From: Phycisphaerae bacterium
Lineage (GTDB): Bacteria > Planctomycetota > Phycisphaerae > SM23-33
Assembly (NCBI GenBank): GCA_046541875.1
Contig: JBKHCL010000004.1
Coordinates: 875-64,874, forward strand
Direction of reading: 5' to 3'
DNA: 64,000 bases
Shown here: positions 41,019-50,178 of the stretch, piece by piece
Layout of the letters: every line of letters begins with the position of its first letter
Position numbering within the stretch: the first letter of the stretch is position 1
The notes under the pieces: generated by a model
Database searches by the model: none
Seen by the model: only the letters and a program-made list of their open reading frames with translations
What the model was told of the DNA's origin: nothing
Program-made: the position numbers and the translations under genes

Positions 41019-42440
41019 ATGTTGATGGACACGAAAACGCTGAGCAAGAACGCCACGGACTTCATCGACGACGCGTATCTCGAAGGCCTGCTCGAAGGCC
41101 AAACACCCGAGAAGTCTCGCGTGCGGGAGCTGGTCGCCAAGGGCATGGGCAAGGAGCCCCTCTCCACCGAAGAGACGGCGGAGCTGCTGCTGGCCGACGA
41201 CCCGGAGCTGGTGGAGGAGATCTTCGCAGCCGCCCGGCAGTTGAAGGAGAACGTCTACGGCAACCGCATCGTGCTGTTCGCGCCGCTGTATATCGGCAGC
41301 TACTGCATCAACGAGTGCAAGTACTGTGGCTTTTCGCGTCGCAACCCGGACGCCCACCGTCGCACTCTCTCGGAGGATGAGGTTCGGGCCCAGGTCAAGG
41401 CGCTGGTCGACAAAGGCCACAAGCGGCTGATCCTGGTTTTCGGCGAGCATCCGTGGTACGACGCGAACTTCATCGCCGAGACGGTCGGGACGGTCTACGA
41501 CACCAGGCACGGCCACGGCGAGATCCGCCGGGTGAACATCAACGCCGCCCCGCTGGACCACGAGGGTTTCCGCATCGTCAAGGAGTCGGGAATCGGGACG
41601 TACCAGATTTTCCAGGAGACCTATCATCACGAGACGTACGCCCGCTGCCATCCGAAGGGCACGCAGAAAGCGGATTATCTCTGGCGGCTGGACTCGCTCA
41701 GCCGGGCGTTCGAGAGCGGCTGCGATGACGTCGGCCTCGGCGCGCTGTTCGGCCTGGCCGACTGGCGGTTCGAGGTGCTCGGGCTGGTGACCCACTCGCT
41801 GCACCTGCAGCAGAAGTACGGGGTCGGCCCGCACACGCTGAGCTTCCCGCGCCTGCAGTCGGCCAGCGGTCTGGAGATGGACGGCAAGCCGCTCGTGTCC
41901 GACTGGGATTTCAAACGGCTGATCGCGATTCTGCGCCTGGCCGTCCCGTACACGGGGCTGATCCTCACCGCACGCGAGAAACCCGAGCTGCGCCGGGAGG
42001 TGATGAGCTTCGGCGTCTCGCAGATCGACGCCGGCAGCCGAATCGAAATGGGCGGATATACCGAATGCGGCGACGCCCAGCAACTCTGCAAGGAGCAGTT
42101 CTCGCTGGGCGATATCCGCAGCCTCGACGAGGTCGTCGGCGAGTTGGTCACCGACGGGTACATCCCCAGTTGGTGCACGGCCTGCTATCGCGTGGGGCGT
42201 ACCGGCGAGCACTTCATGGAGTTCGCCATCCCCGGGTTCATCAAGAAGCTCTGCACGCCCAACGCGCTGCTGACGCTGCAGGAATACCTCGTGGACTACG
42301 CCACGCCCGAGACGCGGGCCGCCGGAGAGAAGCTCATCGACGCCGAACTGGCCAAGCTCGAAGACGACGAGCGCAAGCAGACGCTCACCGATCGGCTGGC
42401 GAAGATCCGTGACACCGACGACCGGGATATGTTCTTCTAG
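41019..42440 (+). CDS. hydG: [FeFe]-hydrogenase H-cluster radical SAM maturase HydG (tyrosine lyase)
   Basis: N-terminal radical SAM IGSYCINECKYCGF; 473 aa; C-terminal auxiliary-cluster motif CX2CX22C (CTACYRVGRTGEHFMEFAIPGFIKKLC) that distinguishes HydG from ThiH. Confidence 0.85.
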   Translation: MLMDTKTLSKNATDFIDDAYLEGLLEGQTPEKSRVRELVAKGMGKEPLSTEETAELLLADDPELVEEIFAAARQLKENVYGNRIVLFAPLYIGSYCINECKYCGFSRRNPDAHRRTLSEDEVRAQVKALVDKGHKRLILVFGEHPWYDANFIAETVGTVYDTRHGHGEIRRVNINAAPLDHEGFRIVKESGIGTYQIFQETYHHETYARCHPKGTQKADYLWRLDSLSRAFESGCDDVGLGALFGLADWRFEVLGLVTHSLHLQQKYGVGPHTLSFPRLQSASGLEMDGKPLVSDWDFKRLIAILRLAVPYTGLILTAREKPELRREVMSFGVSQIDAGSRIEMGGYTECGDAQQLCKEQFSLGDIRSLDEVVGELVTDGYIPSWCTACYRVGRTGEHFMEFAIPGFIKKLCTPNALLTLQEYLVDYATPETRAAGEKLIDAELAKLEDDERKQTLTDRLAKIRDTDDRDMFF

Positions 42441-42445
42441 ACGGC

Positions 42446-43849
42446 ATGGCTGACTTCCGAACCGAACACGACCTGCTGGGCGAGAAGGAAATTCCCGGCG
42501 ACGCGCTGTACGGCGTGCATGCGGCGCGGGCGAGGGAGAACTTCCCGCTGGCCGGGCGGCGGCCGCGGCGCGCACTGATCCATGCCTTCGGACAGGTGAA
42601 ACTCGCCTGCGTCCGGGCCAACCAGGAGCTGGGCGCATGGGACGACGAAACATTCTCCGCCATCGCGGCCGCCTGCGAGGAAATGGCGCTGGGGCGGCTG
42701 GACGAGCATATCGTGGTCGACGCGCTGCAGGGCGGGGCGGGCACGTCGACGAACATGAACGTCAACGAGGTGCTCGCCAACCGAGCGCTGCAACTCCTCG
42801 GCAAACCTCTCGGCGATTATGAGACCGTCCATCCGCTGGACGACGTGAACCGCCACCAGTCGACCAACGATACGTTTCCCACCGCGCTGAAGGTGGCGGC
42901 GATCGGCGAACTCCGCTCGCTCGAGCGGGCGCTGGTGGCGCTGCTCGAGGCGTTCCAGACCAAGGAGAAACAGACCGCCCACGTGGTGAAGGTCGGGCGC
43001 ACGCAGTATCAGGATGCGGTGCTGACCACCGTCGGCCGCGAGATGGCCGCCTACGCCGAAGCCTTCGGGCGCGACCGCTGGCGGGTGTACAAGTGCGAGG
43101 AACGCCTCCGGGTGGTGAACCTCGGCGGGACGGCCATCGGGACCGGGCTGGGCGCGCCGCGGCGGTACATCTTCCGCGCGGTGGAGCACCTGCGGGAGAT
43201 TACCGGCTTCGGGATCGCCCGGGCGGAGAACCTCGTCGAGGCCACCCAGAATACGGACGTGTACGCGGAGGTCAGCGGGATTCTCTCGGCGTGCGCGAGC
43301 AATCTCATCAAGACCGCCGACGACCTTCGGTTGATGAGTTCCGGACCGGACGCCGGGTTCGGCGAGCTGACCCTGCCGGCCGTCCAGGCCGGCAGCAGCA
43401 TCATGCCCGGAAAGGTCAATCCGGTCATCCCCGAAGCGGTCGACCAGGCGGCGATGGTCGTCCTGGGCAACCACGCGGTGATCGCCCGGGCCTGCTCGGC
43501 CGGCAGCCTGGAGCTCAACGCGTTCGGCCCGCTGCTGGCCGAGACGCTGCTGGAAAGCCTCGAACTGCTTACCCGCGCGGCGGAGATATTCCGAACGCGG
43601 TGCGTCGAGGGGATCGAGGTGAACGAAGACGCCTGCCGGGCCCACGTGGACGGCTCGACGGCCACCCTCACCGCGCTGGTGGAAGAGCTCGGGTATGAGA
43701 CCACCCAGCAGGTCGGGGCTGAGCGGCAAGCCGGCGGAAAAACCATCCGCCGGATCGTCACCGACAAGGGCCTGCTGAGCGAAGAGCAGTTCGACGAGTT
43801 GATCTCGGCGGAGCGTGTGACCGCCCTAGGCTCGCGGAAGCGCAACTGA
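42446..43849 (+). CDS. Aspartate ammonia-lyase family (lyase class I) protein embedded in the hyd maturase operon
   Basis: Signature GSSIMPGKVNPVIPEAV (aspartase-type rather than fumarase-type); starts 6 nt after the hydG stop. Confidence 0.85.
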   Translation: MADFRTEHDLLGEKEIPGDALYGVHAARARENFPLAGRRPRRALIHAFGQVKLACVRANQELGAWDDETFSAIAAACEEMALGRLDEHIVVDALQGGAGTSTNMNVNEVLANRALQLLGKPLGDYETVHPLDDVNRHQSTNDTFPTALKVAAIGELRSLERALVALLEAFQTKEKQTAHVVKVGRTQYQDAVLTTVGREMAAYAEAFGRDRWRVYKCEERLRVVNLGGTAIGTGLGAPRRYIFRAVEHLREITGFGIARAENLVEATQNTDVYAEVSGILSACASNLIKTADDLRLMSSGPDAGFGELTLPAVQAGSSIMPGKVNPVIPEAVDQAAMVVLGNHAVIARACSAGSLELNAFGPLLAETLLESLELLTRAAEIFRTRCVEGIEVNEDACRAHVDGSTATLTALVEELGYETTQQVGAERQAGGKTIRRIVTDKGLLSEEQFDELISAERVTALGSRKRN

Positions 43850-43865
43850 AGCCCCGGAGAAGCCA

Positions 43866-45098
43866 ATGCAGAAGACCCCCAAAGGCTTTCGGCTGCACAT
43901 CGGGCTGTTCGGTCGACGGAATGTCGGCAAGAGTTCGCTGCTGAATGCCATGACGCGCCAGAACGTTTCGATTGTCTCGGAGACCGCCGGCACGACGACC
44001 GACCCGGTCGAGAAACCCATGGAACTGCTGCCGGTGGGGCCGGTGCTGTTTATCGACACTGCCGGCATCGACGACGTGGGCGCGCTGGGCGAGATGCGCG
44101 TCGCCAAGACCCGCCAGGCGTTCGACCGTACCGACCTCGGCGTCATCGTGGCGGGCGGTGGCGCGTGGGGCGAGTTCGAGCAGGGCATCCTCGATGAACT
44201 CACCGGCCTGGACGTGCCGGTCATCGTGGTGGCCAACAAGTCGGACCTGGCCGAGTTGCCTGCCGACGTCGACAAGATGCTTCAGGAGCGCGGCGTGCCG
44301 GTCGTTCGCACGGTGGCTTCGCAGGGCGAGGGCATCCTCGATCTGCGCGAGGCGCTCATCAAGGCTGCCCCGGATGAGTTCATCAACGCCCCGACGATCG
44401 TGGCCGACCTCGTGGGTGCCGGTGAGCTGGCGGTGCTGGTGGTTCCCATCGACCTGGAAGCCCCCAAGGGCCGACTCATCCTGCCGCAGGTGCAGACCAT
44501 CCGCGATCTGCTCGACGGCGACGCCTATTGCATGGTCGTCAAGGAGCGCGAGCTGCGCGACGCGCTGGAGCGGGTGAACCGCCCGCCCGGGCTGGTCATC
44601 ACCGACTCGCAGGGCTTCCTGAAGGTCGCCGGCGACACGCCTCGGGAGATCCCGCTGACCTCGTTCAGCATCCTGTTCGCGCGGTTCAAGGGCGACCTGG
44701 CCGAGTTCGTTCGCGGCACGTTGGCGATCGAGGACCTGGTCCCCGGCGACCGCGTGCTGGTGGCAGAGGCCTGCAGCCATCATCCCATCGGCGAGGATAT
44801 CGGGCGTGTGAAGATTCCGCGCTGGCTGACGCAGTACGTCGGCGGCAAGCTGGAGTTCGACCACGTCCAGGGGCACGATTTCCCAGACGATCTGTCGCCC
44901 TACAAGCTCGTGATCCACTGCGGGGCATGCATGTGGAACCGCCGCCAGACGCTTTCTCGGCAGCTGCGTTGCCGCAAGGCGAACGTCCCGATGGCCAATT
45001 ACGGGCTGACCATCGCCTACTCGCTGGGCATCTTCGAGCGGGCCCTCGAGCCGTTCCCCGCGGCTGAGGAGGTCTACCGCCAAGCGATGGGACGGTAG
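43866..45098 (+). CDS. hydF: [FeFe]-hydrogenase maturation GTPase HydF
   Basis: P-loop GRRNVGKSSLLNA, G4 ANKSD; C-terminal cluster-binding CSHH...HCGACMW (CxHx(n)HCxxC). Confidence 0.85.
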   Translation: MQKTPKGFRLHIGLFGRRNVGKSSLLNAMTRQNVSIVSETAGTTTDPVEKPMELLPVGPVLFIDTAGIDDVGALGEMRVAKTRQAFDRTDLGVIVAGGGAWGEFEQGILDELTGLDVPVIVVANKSDLAELPADVDKMLQERGVPVVRTVASQGEGILDLREALIKAAPDEFINAPTIVADLVGAGELAVLVVPIDLEAPKGRLILPQVQTIRDLLDGDAYCMVVKERELRDALERVNRPPGLVITDSQGFLKVAGDTPREIPLTSFSILFARFKGDLAEFVRGTLAIEDLVPGDRVLVAEACSHHPIGEDIGRVKIPRWLTQYVGGKLEFDHVQGHDFPDDLSPYKLVIHCGACMWNRRQTLSRQLRCRKANVPMANYGLTIAYSLGIFERALEPFPAAEEVYRQAMGR

Positions 45099-45504
45099 CC
45101 GACCACGTCACGGAAACAAGAAAGTTACGGCCGATGGGGGATCAGGATTACCCAGGGCGCCAAAATAGCAATTCTACCCACTTCGCATTTGCATCCAACG
45201 TGCCTGCAAGGCCGTCGCAAAGCGGAATCGCCGTCGGCAAGTGCTTATAATAACGTTGGATGTGAATCGGCACAGCCGGGCGGGCGAATCATCAAAGGCG
45301 GCAGTTTTTCTCCGCTTTCCGCTTGTGGAATGCGTGTTCTACTGTAGAATTCGCCAACTTTGATATTCCTGCGGGGAACCGAATCGTAGGTTCCTGCGTG
45401 GGAGGCTTGGCCATGGACGGCTTGAGGCTACGGTTCTACCGAACACCCACGGACGGTAGAGACGGAACGGCGACGTTTGGCCGATTTCCGCGAGGTACCA
45501 GGTT

Positions 45505-46161
45505 ATGTCCAGACCAGGCAAAGCGTTGGTCTATATGTTCCCGCTGCTGGTGGGCTCGACGATTCTCGTTCTCGGGCACACCGCGTTGACGCAGGAGGCG
45601 AAGCTGCCTGCTCCCGCGGCGAGTGTCCCTGCCGTTGCCGACCGGCCCGATGCGGCTGAGGCGGTATCGCCCGAGCCCGAGCCCGAGCCGGCGCCGACTC
45701 CGACCCCTGCTGCGGCGCGAAGCGTGCCGCCGCCTGCCCCGTCCGGCAGGGCCCGGGGCGAAACGCCCGCCGAGGCCCGATCCCGCGCTGCCGACCCACC
45801 CGCTCCCGAAGCCGAGGTCGAGGCTAACGCCAAGCGCCGAACGGTGACCGTCGAGATGCTGGTAACGGGCTATTGCCCCTGCCGCAAGTGCTGCGGGAGC
45901 TTCTCCGACGGCAAGACCGCCAGCGGAAAGCGCATCAATTACAATGGTGGGAAGTTCATCGCTGCCGACACGAGCCTGCTGCCGTTCGGTACGATGGTAT
46001 CCATCCCGGGCTACAACGGCGGCCGACCGGTGCCCGTGGAAGACCGCGGCGGACGGATCAAGGGGCGTCGGCTGGACCTGTTCTTCTTCAGCCATCACCA
46101 GGCCAGGCAGTGGGGCGCCCGGCGGATCGAGGTGACCGTCTACCTCGATGACGAAGACTGA
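45505..46161 (+). CDS. 3D-domain (MltA-like / Sps-type) cell-wall protein with Pro/Ala-rich linker
   Basis: N-terminal TM/signal, PEPEPEPAPTPTP linker, 3D domain TGYCPCRKCCG...DRGGRIKGRRLDLFF. Confidence 0.75.
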   Translation: MSRPGKALVYMFPLLVGSTILVLGHTALTQEAKLPAPAASVPAVADRPDAAEAVSPEPEPEPAPTPTPAAARSVPPPAPSGRARGETPAEARSRAADPPAPEAEVEANAKRRTVTVEMLVTGYCPCRKCCGSFSDGKTASGKRINYNGGKFIAADTSLLPFGTMVSIPGYNGGRPVPVEDRGGRIKGRRLDLFFFSHHQARQWGARRIEVTVYLDDED

Positions 46162-46188
46162 TTGCTCAGCCCGCAGAAGGAAATGAAA

Positions 46189-46222
46189 CAGGCCGATCGC
46201 CTCGATTGAGACGGTCGGCCTG
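46189..46222. terminator. Bidirectional stem-loop terminator between 3D-domain gene (+) and fmdB (-)
   Basis: CAGGCCGAtcg...cgGTCGGCCTG inverted repeat flanked by A/T-rich tracts on both sides. Confidence 0.4.
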
Positions 46223-46245
46223 ATTGATGCGCCGTTGGGGGGCGA

Positions 46246-46473
46246 TCAGCCCATCGGGCAGCTTCGCCCGGACGGACAGCCGTCGGCCTGGGCGCACGGG
46301 CCGGTCGCACCGCAGGCGGCAGAGGCGTCCTTGTTGTGGGCGGCGAACGTCGAGAACTGCCGCTCCAGCTTCCGCCCGCCGCACTCGGGACAGCTCGGGC
46401 GGGCATCGCTCGATTTCACCAACAACTCGCAGGGGGTCCGGCAGTCCTTGCAGATGTACTCGTAGATGGGCAT
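46246..46473 (-). CDS. FmdB family zinc-ribbon protein
   Basis: MPIYEYICKDC...CPECGG double CxxC zinc ribbon; 75 aa. Confidence 0.7.
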   Translation of the reverse strand: MPIYEYICKDCRTPCELLVKSSDARPSCPECGGRKLERQFSTFAAHNKDASAACGATGPCAQADGCPSGRSCPMG

Positions 46474-47012
46474 CGTCTGTCCTCGTGGTTGGCTGGGTGG
46501 CTCTCGTCGTATATGACGGTTATTGTAGCCCACGGAGGAACGAGATCCAAGCTTCCACACGACGTTGGACGCCCCGCGGCGGGGGGCTCCGATGAAGACC
46601 CAGCCTCGAAACGGCCGGCAACGTTCGTCAAGTGCGAGCAGTTCTCCGCAATCGGCGGAAAAATCGTTTTCTCCGCCTGCCCGGTCGCTCCCCGGGGCGT
46701 GTTCCCTTCGGCCGGTAACTTTTGTGAGCGTCCCGGTCTGCACACCTGCGGCGGTCCTTGGGAGCCGGGGTCGGCCGCGATTGAGGGGAATTCCCCACCT
46801 GAATGTGCATTCGAGCAACGACGGACTTTGTATAATGATATGTGCATGGGGGCCGAGACGCCGAGCCCGACGGGAATGCGCTCGTCAGCCCTCATATCCG
46901 GGAACACCCGCTGCCGGACCGGGCCCTTCCACCGAACGGGCGCGACGTCGGCAGCGAACCCATGCACCAGTTGCTCCTTGCCACGGAGGGCGGGACAGAC
47001 CGGGAGGTCGCG

Positions 47013-47210
47013 ATGAAAGTTACCATCAAAATGCAGCAGTGCGAGGACGGCCAATACGTTGCCCAATGCACGTCGCTGCCCGGGTGCACCTGCCGTGCGC
47101 CCAGTCGGCGCGAAGCGAAGAGCAGGATCACCCAGGCCATTCGCGGCTACGTTGCTGCTGTGAACAACTTCGAACCCGAGCATCTCGACGAGGAAGTCGT
47201 CGAGGCCTGA
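47013..47210 (+). CDS. HicB-like (UPF0150) antitoxin-fold small protein, no toxin partner adjacent
   Basis: MKVTIKMQQCEDGQYVAQCTSLPGCTCRAPSRREA...AIRGYV; paralogue at 53793-54035. Confidence 0.55.
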   Translation: MKVTIKMQQCEDGQYVAQCTSLPGCTCRAPSRREAKSRITQAIRGYVAAVNNFEPEHLDEEVVEA

Positions 47211-47277
47211 TCGCACCCAGCCGTCCAGGCCCGAATGAGCGTCGCGGGGGCGCCAGGGGAGTTGCTGTTGGCGGGCA

Positions 47278-48210
47278 TCAGCCGCGAGGGTGGAATTTGC
47301 GGTGGATGGACTTCAATCTCTCGGCGTCCACGTGCGTGTAGATCTGCGTGGTGGCGATGTCGCTGTGGCCGAGCATTTCCTGTACGCTTCGCAGGTCGGC
47401 GCCGCCGGCGAGCAGATGCGTCGCGAAGCAATGTCGCAGCGTGTGGGCTCCCACCTTGCCGCGCAGCCCGGCGCGTCGGGCGTATTTCCGCACGACCCGA
47501 TACACCTCGCCCCGGTCGATGGGTGCTCCGCGTCGCGAGAGAAACAGTTCCTCGGGGTCTTCCCCGTCGAACCCCTCCGGCAGGCGGTGGGGCAGATACG
47601 CACGGATTGCCTCGGCCGCCGGTTTGGCGGCCGGCACGATGCGCTCCTTGCTGCCCTTGCCGATCACGCGCATCACGCCCAGCGACTCGTTGACGTCCCT
47701 GCGTTTCAGCGAGGTCAGTTCACTCGCCCGCATGCCCGAGGCGTAGAGCGTGGTCATCATCGCCCGATCTCGCAGGGCGTTGGCGTCACGCTGGGGGTCT
47801 GGTTCGTCCAGCAGCCGACGGGTGTTTTCCGGCGAGAGCACGTTGGGCAGGCGGTTCCACGCGCGGGGCGCCTCGACGGAGGCGGACACGTCGGCGTCGA
47901 GGACGCGCTGGAGCACGAGGAAGCGGCAGAACATCCGCACTGCCGCCAACGCACGTCCGATGGACGAATCGGCCAACCCTTCCCGCCGCAGGTATCGCAG
48001 GAACCCGTCCACCAGGGCCGGGCTCAGCTCACCGAGGCTCGCCAGGTCGGTTCCGGCGAGATACCGCTGGAAGTGCAGCAGGTCGTTGCGGTAGGCGACG
48101 AGGGTGTTGTTGCTCAGCCCGCACTCGGCCTGGAGATAGTCCAGAAACGCTCCCAGCCGGCGATTGTACTCAGGAGGCGGCTTTGAGTTGTTCCGGTGCG
48201 GCGATGCCAT
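47278..48210 (-). CDS. xerD: Tyrosine site-specific recombinase XerD
   Basis: LSNNTLVAYRNDL (XerD-type N-terminus), catalytic R..HxxR..Y: LRHCFATHLLAGGADLRSVQEMLGHSDIATTQIYTHV, C-terminal HPRG. Confidence 0.9.
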   Translation of the reverse strand: MASPHRNNSKPPPEYNRRLGAFLDYLQAECGLSNNTLVAYRNDLLHFQRYLAGTDLASLGELSPALVDGFLRYLRREGLADSSIGRALAAVRMFCRFLVLQRVLDADVSASVEAPRAWNRLPNVLSPENTRRLLDEPDPQRDANALRDRAMMTTLYASGMRASELTSLKRRDVNESLGVMRVIGKGSKERIVPAAKPAAEAIRAYLPHRLPEGFDGEDPEELFLSRRGAPIDRGEVYRVVRKYARRAGLRGKVGAHTLRHCFATHLLAGGADLRSVQEMLGHSDIATTQIYTHVDAERLKSIHRKFHPRG

Positions 48211-48349
48211 TGGTCGTTTGGCCGATCATGGCCTGGTAGACGGGGCACTGCATGTAGCGATCGGCGCAGTGCGCCAAGGCCGTCTGGATGTTCTTGAGCG
48301 TCAGGTGCGCTGAGCACCGCGGATCCGAAGCGTTCAGGAAAGGGCACAT
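48170..48349 (-). CDS. Small Cys-rich ORF overlapping the xerD start (hypothetical)
   Basis: MCPFLNASDPRCSAHLTLKNIQTALAHCADRYMQCPVYQAM, four Cys; overlaps the xerD 5' end by 41 nt in another frame. Confidence 0.25.
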   Translation of the reverse strand: MCPFLNASDPRCSAHLTLKNIQTALAHCADRYMQCPVYQAMIGQTTNGIAAPEQLKAAS

Positions 48350-48507
48350 GATTTTACCTCCCGCCATCCGTGGCGTTGGGACGTCCGAATCGGACCGAGA
48401 ACGGCTTCTCGATGCGTCCACGGTCTGTTATCGGGCCCGGAGGGCGAACGGCTTGAGGAATTTGCCCGTTGTTCGGCGTCGCGCGACATCCAGCGCCATT
48501 CCATTCT

Positions 48508-49830
48508 TCAGGAGCGGGCTTTGGCGAGGGTCTTTCGCAGACGCCGGACGTCTCCCCGCCGGGCCAGGGCGTTGAAGCGATCGGCGGTGCGTTCGATCTG
48601 GTCGGCCGACAGGCCGGGCATGCGCAGGACGCTGCGGTGCTGCCAGTAGGCCTCTTCGTTGTCCCCGGCAAGCCAGCCGTTCTCGCGGCAGGTTTCTTCG
48701 GCCCGCGTCGAGGGAATCGGGTAGAACACCTCGGCGTGGAGCTGATCGAAACGCGCCTGCCCGGCGAGTTTCACCGCCTTTTCCAGCGTGATCTCCGATT
48801 CGTACGGGCTGCCCACGAACGTTCTGCCGATCACCGTCAGCCCGGCGTTCTTGAGGAGTTCGACGTTGGCGAGGATCTGCTTGTCCGTCAGGCGCATCCC
48901 GAAGACGTCCTCGCGGATGAATCGGCTGCCCGAGCCGATGTGCGTGTCCACCATCTCGCAGCCCGCCCGGGCGAGCAGCTCAGCCGACCGCGGCGTGACG
49001 TCCACCAGTGGAACGTAGCACCGCCAGGGACGCTTCAAACGGCGGGGGTACGCTTCGGCAAACTCGGCCAGCCAATCGGCGTCGGTGGCAACGGCATGGC
49101 CGCCAAGGCGAAACGCCGCGGCGCGCTCGTATTCCTCCGCCAACTCGGCCAGTTCGTCCACCAGGCTCGCCACGCCTCGCCGGCGGACCGATTCGCCGTG
49201 GTCCTCGTAGAGGTCCAGGTACCAGTCGTTCATGCACTGTCCGCACCAGTGAGCGCAGCCGCGGGCCGCCTCGACGGGCAACTCGCCGGTGCTCTCGACG
49301 ATGCGGCGCATCTCGAACAGGTCGCGGTCCGGGGCGGGCAGGGAGTCCAGTTGGCCGATCGGAGGGCGGACGGCGCCTTTGGTCACGCCGTCGGCGTCCC
49401 GCACCCAGGCCCCCGGCAGGCCGGCCGGGTCGCGCGATTCGCTCAGCGCCCGGAAATACTCGCCCGCGGTGACTTCGAACTCGCCGAGGAAGACGGCCTC
49501 CACGCCGGGCTGGGACAGCGCCGGTCCGGGGCGGGCGGTAACGTCCGGCCCCAGCGCGACCACCGGAAGCTTGTAGTTCTCGGCGATGTCGACGATCGTC
49601 CGTCGAGCGGCCGTCCGCGTGGTGGGGTGGATCTCCATGAGCATGCGCTCGGGGCGGTGCTCGATGATCGCGTCGTGCAGGCGGGCGGGGTCGAACCCGC
49701 CACACGCCACCAGCGACAGCGACTGGCCCTGTTGGGCGAGCATCGCCGCCATGGCGCCCAACTGCGGGCAGAACCGCGGCAGCGGGTCCTGGCGGGTCGG
49801 GTCGATGAACTGCACGAGCAAAAGCTGCAT
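48508..49830 (-). CDS. B12-binding domain radical SAM protein (class B)
   Basis: N-terminal cobalamin-binding Rossmann region (MQLLLVQF...), radical SAM motif AARGCAHWCGQC (CX3CX2C); 440 aa. Confidence 0.8.
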   Translation of the reverse strand: MQLLLVQFIDPTRQDPLPRFCPQLGAMAAMLAQQGQSLSLVACGGFDPARLHDAIIEHRPERMLMEIHPTTRTAARRTIVDIAENYKLPVVALGPDVTARPGPALSQPGVEAVFLGEFEVTAGEYFRALSESRDPAGLPGAWVRDADGVTKGAVRPPIGQLDSLPAPDRDLFEMRRIVESTGELPVEAARGCAHWCGQCMNDWYLDLYEDHGESVRRRGVASLVDELAELAEEYERAAAFRLGGHAVATDADWLAEFAEAYPRRLKRPWRCYVPLVDVTPRSAELLARAGCEMVDTHIGSGSRFIREDVFGMRLTDKQILANVELLKNAGLTVIGRTFVGSPYESEITLEKAVKLAGQARFDQLHAEVFYPIPSTRAEETCRENGWLAGDNEEAYWQHRSVLRMPGLSADQIERTADRFNALARRGDVRRLRKTLAKARS

Positions 49831-50057
49831 ACGGCGTCCTCTTTTTTTCGTGTGGGGACCCATGATGATATCGTGCCGGGGGCGACGTCTCCAGCGAAAA
49901 GAGCACCGCAAATCAGACAGATCTCGGCCGCCTGGCGAGCCCCGCTGCCGGCTGCGCCCGTCTCGGGGTGCTCCGGCAGGAAGGAGGAACGGATCTGCGC
50001 CGGTCAAGCCGGGGAACGCGTCGAACGACAAAATGACCATTGGCGGGCAAAACGCGG

Positions 50058-50086
50058 TTGACACCCGCCCCTGCGGTCCATACTCT
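50058..50086 (+). promoter_or_regulatory. Sigma70-type promoter TTGACA-17-TACTCT upstream of gap
   Basis: TTGACA 50058-50063, 17-nt spacer, TACTCT 50081-50086; about 90 nt upstream of gap ATG. Confidence 0.4.
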
Positions 50087-50178
50087 TATCTGTTCTTGAT
50101 GGGACGCCGAGACGGACAGACCCGGCGCTCTCAATCGACGCGGCAACCACCAATTACTTTGAACGAGGAGATGGACCC

